Source of the DNA: Eledone cirrhosa
Taxonomy: Eukaryota
DNA length: 64,000 bases
Reading direction: 5' to 3'
NCBI GenBank assembly: GCA_964016885.1
Contig: OZ024743.1
Coordinates: forward strand, 376,774,001-376,838,000
Made by a program: the position numbers and the translations under genes. Below the pieces are notes generated by a model. It was not told the origin of the DNA, did not search any database, and saw only the letters and a list, made by a program, of their open reading frames with translations. Shown here one piece after another: positions 53,401-64,000 of this stretch. Position 1 is the stretch's first letter, and each line of letters starts with the position of its first letter.

Positions 53401-56400
53401 GATATATTTGGTCACAGTTGCCAATAGATGTTATAGGGATATATTTGGTCACTGTTGCTATTAGATGCTATAGGTATATATTTGGTCACTGTTGTCAATA
53501 GATGCTAGAGGGATATATTTGGTCACTGTGGCCAATAGATGCTATAGGGATATATTTGGTCACTGTTACCAATAGATGCTATAGGGATATATTTGGGCAC
53601 TGTTGCCAATTGATGCTATAGGGATATATTTGGTCAATGTTGCCAATAGATGCTATAGGGATATATTTGGTCACTGTTGTCAATAGATGCTATAGGGATA
53701 CATTTGGTCACTGTTGTCAATAGATGCTATAGGGATATATTTGGTCACTGTTGCTAATTGATGCTATAGGGATATATTTGGTCACTGTTGCCAATTGATG
53801 CTATAGGGATTTATTTGGTCACTGTTGCCAATTGATGCTATAGGGATATATTTGGTCACTGTTGTCAATAGATGCTATAGGGATACATTTGGTCACTGTT
53901 GTCAATAGATGCTATAGGGATATATTTGGTCACTGTTGCTAATTGATGCTATAGGGATATATTTGGTCACTGTTGCCAATTGATGCTATAGGGATTTATT
54001 TGGTCACTGTTGCCAATTGATGCTATAGGGATATATTTGGTCACTGTTGTCAATAGATGCTATGGGGATATATTTGGTCACTGTTGCCAATAGATGCTAT
54101 AGGGATATATTTGGTCACTGTTGCCAATATATGCTATAGAGATATATTTGGTCACTGTTGCCAATAGATGCTATAGGGATATATTTGGTCACTGTTGTCA
54201 ATAGATGCTATAGGGATATATTTGGTCACTGTTGCCAATAGATGCTATAGAGATATGTTTGGTCACTGTTGTCAATAGATGTTATAGGGATATATTTGGT
54301 CACTGTTGCCAATTGATGCTATAGGGATATATTTGGTCGCTGTTGCCAATAGATGCTATAGGGATATATATGGTCACTGTTGCCAATTGATGCTATAGGG
54401 ATATATTTGGTCACTGTTTTCAATAGATGCTATAGGGATATATTTGGTCACTGTTGCCAATAGATGCTAAAGGGATATATTTAGTCACTGTTGCCAATAG
54501 ATGCTATAGGGATATATTTGGTAACTGTTATTAATAGATGCTATAGGGATATATTTCGTCACTGTTGCCAATAGATGCTATAGGGATATATTTGGTCACT
54601 GTTGCCAATTGACGCTATAGGGATATATTTGGTCACTGTTGCCAATAGATGCTATAGGGATATATTTGGTCACTGTAGCCAATAGATGCTATGGAGATAT
54701 ATTTGGTCACTGTTGTCAATAGATACTATAGGGATATATTTGGTCACTGTTGCCAATAGATGCTATAGGAATATATTTGGTCACTGTTGCCAATAGATGC
54801 TATAGGGATATATTTGGTCACTGTTGCCAATTTATGCTATAGGGATATATTTGGTCACTGTTGCCAATAGATGCTATAGGGATATATTTGGTCACTGTTG
54901 TCAAAAGATGCTATAGGGATATATTTGTTCACTGTTGTCAATAGATATTATAGGGATATATTTAGTCACTGTTGCCAATAGAAGTTATAGGGATATATTT
55001 TGTCACTGTTGCCAATTGATGCTATAGGGATATATTTGGTCACTGTTGCCAATAGATGTTATAGGGATATATTTGGTCACTGTTGCTATTAGATGCTATA
55101 GGTATATATTTGGTCACTGTTGTCAATAGATGCTATAGGGATATATATGGTCACTGTTTCCAATAGATGCTATAGGGATATATTTGTTCACTGTTGCCAA
55201 TTGATGCTATAGGGATATATTTGGTCACAGTTGCCAATAGATGTTATAGGGATATATTTGGTCACTGTTGCCAATTGATGCTATAGGGATATATTTGGGC
55301 ACTGTTGCCAATTGATGCTATAGGGATATATTTGGTCAATGTTGCCAATAGATGCTATAGGGATATATTTGGTCACTGTTGTCAATAGATGCTATAGGGA
55401 TACATTTGGTCACTGTTGTCAATAGATGCTATAGGGATATATTTGGTCACTGTTGCTAATTGATGCTATAGGGATATATTTGGTCACTGTTGCCAATTGA
55501 TGCTATAGGGATTTATTTGGTCACTGTTGCCAATTGATGCTATAGGGATATATTTGGTCACTGTTGTCAATAGATGCTATAGGGATACATTTGGTCACTG
55601 TTGTCAATAGATGCTATAGGGATATATTTGGTCACTGTTGCTAATTGATGCTATAGGGATATATTTGGTCACTGTTGCCAATTGATGCTATAGGGATTTA
55701 TTTGGTCACTGTTGCCAATTGATGCTATAGGGATATATTTGGTCACTGTTGTCAATAGATGCTATGGGGATATATTTGGTCACTGTTGCCAATAGATGCT
55801 ATAGGGATATATTTGGTCACTGTTGCCAATATATGCTATAGGGATATATTTGGTCACTGTTGCCAATAGATGCTATAGGGATATATTTGGTCACTGTTGT
55901 CAATAGATGCTATAGGGATATATTTGGTCACTGTTGCCAATAGATGCTATAGAGATATGTTTGGTCACTGTTGTCAATAGATGTTATAGGGATATATTTG
56001 GTCACTGTTGCCAATTGATGCTATAGGGATATATTTGGTCGCTGTTGCCAATAGATGCTATAGGGATATATATGGTCACTGTTGCCAATTGATGCTATAG
56101 GGATATATTTGGTCACTGTTTTCAATAGATGCTATAGGGATATATTTGGTCACTGTTGCCAATAGATGCTAAAGGGATATATTTAGTCACTGTTGCCAAT
56201 AGATGCTATAGGGATATATTTGGTAACTGTTATTAATAGATGCTATAGGGATATATTTCGTCACTGTTGCCAATAGATGCTATAGGGATATATTTGGTCA
56301 CTGTTGCCAATTGACGCTATAGGGATATATTTGGTCACTGTTGCCAATAGATGCTATAGGGATATATTTGGTCACTGTAGCCAATAGATGCTATGGAGAT

Positions 56401-59400
56401 ATATTTGGTCACTGTTGTCAATAGATACTATAGGGATATATTTGGTCACTGTTGCCAATAGATGCTATAGGAATATATTTGGTCACTGTTGCCAATAGAT
56501 GCTATAGGGATATATTTGGTCACTGTTGCCAATTTATGCTATAGGGATATATTTGGTCACTGTTGCCAATAGATGCTATAGGGATATATTTGGTCACTGT
56601 TGTCAAAAGATGCTATAGGGATATATTTGTTCACTGTTGTCAATAGATATTATAGGGATATATTTAGTCACTGTTGCCAATAGAAGTTATAGGGATATAT
56701 TTTGTCACTGTTGCCAATTGATGCTATAGGGATATATTTGGTCACTGTTGCCAATAGATGTTATAGGGATATATTTGGTCACTGTTGCTATTAGATGCTA
56801 TAGGTATATATTTGGTCACTGTTGTCAATAGATGCTATAGGGATATATATGGTCACTGTTTCCAATAGATGCTATAGGGATATATTTGTTCACTGTTGCC
56901 AATTGATGCTATAGGGATATATTTGGTCACAGTTGCCAATAGATGTTATAGGGATATATTTGGTCACTGTTGCCAATTGATGCTATAGGGATATATTTGG
57001 GCACTGTTGCCAATTGATGCTATAGGGATATATTTGGTCAATGTTGCCAATAGATGCTATAGGGATATATTTGGTCACTGTTGTCAATAGATGCTATAGG
57101 GATACATTTGGTCACTGTTGTCAATAGATGCTATAGGGATATATTTGGTCACTGTTGCTAATTGATGCTATAGGGATATATTTGGTCACTGTTGCCAATT
57201 GATGCTATAGGGATTTATTTGGTCACTGTTGCCAATTGATGCTATAGGGATATATTTGGTCACTGTTGTCAATAGATGCTATAGGGATACATTTGGTCAC
57301 TGTTGTCAATAGATGCTATAGGGATATATTTGGTCACTGTTGCTAATTGATGCTATAGGGATATATTTGGTCACTGTTGCCAATTGATGCTATAGGGATT
57401 TATTTGGTCACTGTTGCCAATTGATGCTATAGGGATATATTTGGTCGCTGTTGCCAATAGATGCTATAGGGATATATTTGGTCACTGTTGTCAATAGATG
57501 CTATAGGGATATATTTGGTCACTGTTGCCAATTGATGCTATAGGGATATATTTGGTCACTGTTGCCAATAGATGCTATAGGGATATATTTGGTCACTGTT
57601 GCCAATTGATGCTATAGGGATATATTTGGTCACTCTTGCCAATTGATGCTATAGGGATATATTTGGTCACTGTTGCTAATTGATGCTATAGTGATATATT
57701 TGGTCACTGTTGCCAATAGATGCTATAGGGATATATTTGGTCACTGTTGTCAATAGATGCTATAGGGATATATTTGGTCACTGTTGCCAATAGATGCTAT
57801 AGGGATATATTTGGTCACTGTTACCAATAAATGCTATAGGGATATATTTGGTCACTGTTGTCAATAAATGCTATAGGTATATATTTGGTCACGGTTGCCA
57901 ATTGATGCTATAGTTATATATTTGGTCACTGTTGCCAATAGATTCTATAGGGGTATATTTGGTCACTGTTGCCAATAGATGATATAGGGATATATTTGGT
58001 CACTGTTGCCAATTGATGCTATAGGGATATATTTGGTCACAGTTGCCAATAGATGTTATAGGGATATATTTGGTCACTGTTGCTATTAGATGCTATAGGG
58101 ATATATTTGGTCACTGTTGCCAATAGAAGTTATAGGGATATATTTGGTCACTGTTGCCAATTGATGCTATAGGGATATATTTGGTCACTGTTGTGAATAG
58201 ATGCTATAGGGATATATTTGGTCACTGTTTCCAATAGATGCTATAGGGATATATTTGTTCACTGTTGCCAATTGATGCTATAGGGATATATTTGGTCACT
58301 GTTGCCAATAGATGCTATAGGGTTATATTTGGTCACTGTTGCCTATTGATGCTATAGGGATATATTTGGGCACTGTTGCTAATTGATGCTATAGGGATAT
58401 ATTTGGTCACATTTGCCAATAGATGATATACGGATATATTTGGTCACTGTTGCTATTAGATGCTATAGGTATATATCTGGTCACTGTTGTCAATAGATGA
58501 TATAGGGATATATTTGATCACTGTTGCCAATTGATGCTATAGGGATATATTTGGGCACTGTTGCCAATTGATGCTATTGGGATTTATTTGGTCACTGTTG
58601 CCAATTGATGCTATAGGGATATATTTGGTCACTGTTGCCAATAGATGCTATAGGGAAATATTTGGTCACTGTTGCCAATTGATGCTATAGGGATATATTT
58701 GGACACTGTTGTCAATAGATGCTATAGGGATATATTTGGTCACTGTTGCCAATAGATGCTATAGGGATATATTTGGTCACTGTTGCCAATTGATGCTATA
58801 GGGATATATTTGGTCACTGTTGCTAATTGATGCTATAGGGATATATTTGGTCACTGTTGCCAATAGATGCTATAGGGATATATTTGGTCACTGTTGCCAA
58901 TAGATGCTATAGGGATATATTTGGTCACTGTTGTCAATAGATGCTATAGGGATATATTTGGTCACTGTTGCCAATAGATGCTATAGAGATATATTTGGTC
59001 ACTGTTGTCAATAGATGCTATAGGGATATATTTGGTCACTGTTGCTAATTGATGCTATAGGGATATATTTGGTCACTGTCGCCAATAGATGCTATAGGGA
59101 TATATATGGTCACTGTTGCCAATTAATGCTATAGGGATATATTTGGTCACTGTTGTCAATAGATGCTATAGGGATATATTTGGTCACTGTTGCCAATAGT
59201 TGATAAAGGGATATATTTCGTCACTGTTGCCAATAGATGCTATAGGGATATATTTGGTCACTGTTATTATTAGATGCTATAGGGATATATTTGGTCACTG
59301 TTGCCAATAGATGCTATAGGGATGTATTTTGTCACTGTTGCCAATAGATGCTATAGGGATATATTTGGTCACTATTGCCAATAGATGCTATAGGGATATA

Positions 59401-62400
59401 TTTGGTCACTGTAGCCAATAGATGCTATAGAGATATATTTGGTCACTGTTGCCAATAGATGCTATATGGATATATTTGGTCACTGTTGCCAATAGATGCT
59501 ATAGGAATATATTTGGTCACTGTTGCCAATAGATGCTATAGGGATATATTTGGTCACTGTTGCCAATTGATTCTATGGGGATATATTTGGTCACTGTTGC
59601 CAATAGATGTTATAGGGATATATTTGGGGACTGTTGTCAATAGATGCTATAGGGATATATTTGGTCACTGTTGTCAATAGATATTATAGGGATATATTTG
59701 GTCACTGTTGCCAATAGATGTTATAGGGATATATTTGGTCACTGTTGCCAATTGATGCTATAGGGATATATTTGGTCACTGTTGTCAATAGATGCTATAG
59801 GGATATATTTGGTCACTGTTGCCAATTGATGCTATAGGGATATGTCTGGTCACTGTTGCCAATTGATGCTATAGGGATATATTTGGTCACTGTTGCCAAT
59901 AGATGCTATAGGGATATATTTGGTCACGGTTGCCAATTGATGCTATAGGGATATATTTGGTCACTGTTGCCAATAGATGCTATAGGGGTATATTTGGTCA
60001 TTGTTGCCAATAGATGCTATAGGGGTATATTTGGTCACTGTTGCCAATAGAAGTTATAGGGATATATTTGGTCACTGTTGCCAATTGATGCTATAGGGAT
60101 ATATTTGGTCACTGTTGTGAATAGATGCTATGGGGATATATTTGGTCACTGTTTCCAATAGATGCTATAGGGATATATTTGGTCACTGTTGCCAATTGAT
60201 GCTATAGGGATATATTTGGTCACAGTTGCCAATTGATGTTATAGGGATATATTTGGTCACTGTTGCTATTAGATGTTATAGGTATATATTTGGTCACTGT
60301 TGCCAATAGAAGTTATAGGGATATATTTGGTCACTGTTGCCAATTGATGCTATAGGGATATATTTGGTCACAGTTGCCAATAGATGTTATAGGGATATAT
60401 TTGGTCACTGTTGCTATTAGATGCTATAGGGATATATTTGGTCACTGTTGCCAATAGAAGTTATAGGGATATATTTGGTCACTGTTGCCAATTGATGCTA
60501 TAGGGATATATTTGGTCACTGTTGTGAATAGATGCTATAGGGATATATTTGGTCACTGTTTCCAATAGATGCTATAGGGATATATTTGTTCACTGTTGCC
60601 AATTGATGCTATAGGGATATATTTGGTCACATTTGCCAATAGATGATATAGGGATATATTTGGTCACTGTTGCTATTAGATGCTATAGGTATATATCTGG
60701 TCACTGTTGTCAATAGATGATATAGGGATATATTTGATCACTGTTGCCAATTGATGCTATAGGGATATATTTGGGCACTGTTGCCAATTGATGCTATTGG
60801 GATTTATTTGGTCACTGTTGCCAATTGATGCTATAGGGATATATTTGGTCACTGTTGCCAATAGATGCTATAGGGAAATATTTGGTCACTGTTGCCAATT
60901 GATGCTATAGGGATATATTTGGACACTGTTGTCAATAGATGCTATAGGGATATATTTGGTCACTGTTGCCAATAGATGCTATAGGGATATATTTGGTCAC
61001 TGTTGCCAATTGATGCTATAGGGATATATTTGGTCACTGTTGCTAATTGATGCTATAGGGATATATTTGGTCACTGTTGCCAATAGATGCTATAGGGATA
61101 TATTTGGTCACTGTTGCCAATAGATGCTATAGGGATATATTTGGTCACTGTTGTCAATAGATGCTATAGGGATATATTTGGTCACTGTTGCCAATAGATG
61201 CTATAGAGATATATTTGGTCACTGTTGTCAATAGATGCTATAGGGATATATTTGGTCACTGTTGCTAATTGATGCTATAGGGATATATTTGGTCACTGTC
61301 GCCAATAGATGCTATAGGGATATATATGGTCACTGTTGCCAATTAATGCTATAGGGATATATTTGGTCACTGTTGTCAATAGATGCTATAGGGATATATT
61401 TGGTCACTGTTGCCAATAGTTGATAAAGGGATATATTTCGTCACTGTTGCCAATAGATGCTATAGGGATATATTTGGTCACTGTTATTATTAGATGCTAT
61501 AGGGATATATTTGGTCACTGTTGCCAATAGATGCTATAGGGATGTATTTTGTCACTGTTGCCAATAGATGCTATAGGGATATATTTGGTCACTATTGCCA
61601 ATAGATGCTATAGGGATATATTTGGTCACTGTAGCCAATAGATGCTATAGAGATATATTTGGTCACTGTTGCCAATAGATGCTATATGGATATATTTGGT
61701 CACTGTTGCCAATAGATGCTATAGGAATATATTTGGTCACTGTTGCCAATAGATGCTATAGGGATATATTTGGTCACTGTTGCCAATTGATTCTATGGGG
61801 ATATATTTGGTCACTGTTGCCAATAGATGTTATAGGGATATATTTGGGGACTGTTGTCAATAGATGCTATAGGGATATATTTGGTCACTGTTGTCAATAG
61901 ATATTATAGGGATATATTTGGTCACTGTTGCCAATAGATGTTATAGGGATATATTTGGTCACTGTTGCCAATTGATGCTATAGGGATATATTTGGTCACT
62001 GTTGTCAATAGATGCTATAGGGATATATTTGGTCACTGTTGCCAATTGATGCTATAGGGATATATCTGGTCACTGTTGCCAATTGATGCTATAGGGATAT
62101 ATTTGGTCACTGTTGCCAATAGATGCTATAGGGATATATTTGGTCACGGTTGCCAATTGATGCTATAGGGATATATTTGGTCACTGTTGCCAATAGATGC
62201 TATAGGGGTATATTTGGTCATTGTTGCCAATAGATGCTATAGAGGTATATTTGGTCACTGTTGCCAATAGAAGTTATAGGGATATATTTGGTCACTGTTG
62301 CCAATTGATGCTATAGGGATATATTTGGTCACTGTTGTGAATAGATGCTATGGGGATATATTTGGTCACTGTTTCCAATAGATGCTATAGGGATATATTT

Positions 62401-64000
62401 GGTCACTGTTGCCAATTGATGCTATAGGGATATATTTGGTCACAGTTGCCAATTGATGTTATAGGGATAAATTTGGTCACTGTTGCTATTAGATGTTATA
62501 GGTATATATTTGGTCACTGTTGCCAATAGAAGTTATAGGGATATATTTGGTCACTGTTGCCAATTGATGCTATAGGGATATATTTGGTCACATTTGCCAA
62601 TAGATGATATAGGGATATATTTGGTCACTGTTGCTATTAGATGCTATAGGTATATATTTGGTCACTGTTGTCAATAGATGATATAGGGATATATTTGATC
62701 ACTGTTGCCAATTGATGCTATAGGGATATATTTGGGCACTGTTGCCAATTGATGCTATAGGGATATATTTGGTCACTGTTGTCAATAGCTGCTATAGGGA
62801 TATATTTGGTCACTGTTGCCAATAGATGCTATAGGGATATATCTGGTCACTGTTGCCAATTGATGCTATAGGGATATATTTGGTCACTGTTGCCAATAGA
62901 TGCTATAGGGATATATTTGGTCACTGTTGTGAATAGATGCTATAGGGATATATTTGGTCACTGTTTCCAATAGATGCTATAGGGATATATTTGTTCACTG
63001 TTGCCAATTGATGCTATAGGGATATATTTGGTCACATTTGCCAATAGATGATATAGGGATATATTTGGTCACTGTTGCTATTAGATGCTATAGGTATATA
63101 TTTGGTCACTGTTGTCAATAGATGATATAGGGATATATTTGATCACTGTTGCCAATTGATGCTATAGGGATATATTTGGGCACTGTTGCCAATTGATGCT
63201 ATAGGGATATATTTGGTCACTGTTGTCAATAGCTGCTATAGGGATATATTTGGTCACTGTTGCCAATAGATGCTATAGGGATATATCTGGTCACTGTTGC
63301 CAATTGATGCTATAGGGATATATTTGGTCACTGTTGCCAATAGATGCTATAGGGATATATTTGGTCACGGTTGCCAATTGATGCTATAGGGATATATTTG
63401 GTCACTGTTGCCAATAGATGCTATAGGGGTATATTTGGTCATTGTTGCCAATAGATGCTATAGGGGTATATTTGGTCACTGTTGCCAATAGAAGTTATAG
63501 GGATATATTTGGTCACTGTTGCCAATTGATGCTATAGGGATATATTTGGTCACTGTTGTGAATAGATGCTATGGGGATATATTTGGTCACTGTTTCCAAT
63601 AGATGCTATAGGGATATATTTGGTCACTGTTGCCAATTGATGCTATAGGGATATATTTGGTCACAGTTGCCAATTGATGTTATAGGGATATATTTGGTCA
63701 CTGTTGCTATTAGATGTTATAGGTATATATTTGGTCACTGTTGCCAATAGAAGTTATAGGGATATATTTGGTCACTGTTGCCAATTGATGCTATAGGGAT
63801 ATATTTGGTCACTGTTGTGAATAGATGCTATAGGGATATATTTGGTCACTGTTTCCAATAGATGCTATAGGGATATATTTGTTCACTGTTGCACATTGAT
63901 GCTATAGGGATATATTTGGTCACATTTGCCAATAGATGATATAGAGATATATTTGGTCACTGTTGCTATTAGATGCTATAGGTATATATTTGGTCACTGT
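23460..64000. repeat. 37-bp tandem satellite array, at least 40.5 kb (about 1,095 units), running off the window
   Basis: Consensus GGTCACTGTTGCCAATAGATGCTATAGGGATATATTT, head to tail in one orientation with no spacers. Point variants are frequent and 36-bp units rare. Confidence 0.99.

Noticed and set aside
59459-61900. Two identical 73-aa ORFs as duplicated genes
   Set aside because: Chance stop-free stretches of the satellite, copied by the 2220-bp higher-order duplication.
23460-64000. CRISPR array (37-bp repeat with partial dyad)
   Set aside because: Units are contiguous with no unique spacers, there are no cas genes, and the context is eukaryotic.

Overview
Eukaryotic, AT- and microsatellite-rich DNA. 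The interspersed repeats look like octopus/cephalopod SINE families, which is an inference from recalled sequence. About 75% of the window is tandem repeat: a 34-bp minisatellite (1-~7260) and a 37-bp satellite (~23460 to beyond the window end) with multi-kb higher-order duplications. The 16-kb interval between them holds one convincing coding exon (14817-15012, + strand, dachshund-like), a dead mariner transposase, an RTE LINE 3' fragment and several tRNA-derived SINEs. The most notable feature is a set of ~200-320 bp modules embedded in (TA)n-rich microsatellites, carrying type I hammerhead ribozyme folds at 8476-8518, 8969-9034 (with its mirror copy at 8887-8952), 16629-16699 and 20276-20311. 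They resemble Penelope-like pLTR or retrozyme-type elements. One lies in a 234-bp palindrome, and a second nested palindrome sits at 12464-12593. All ribozyme calls come from manual folding and are untested. Nearly all ORFs in the supplied track are repeat translations.
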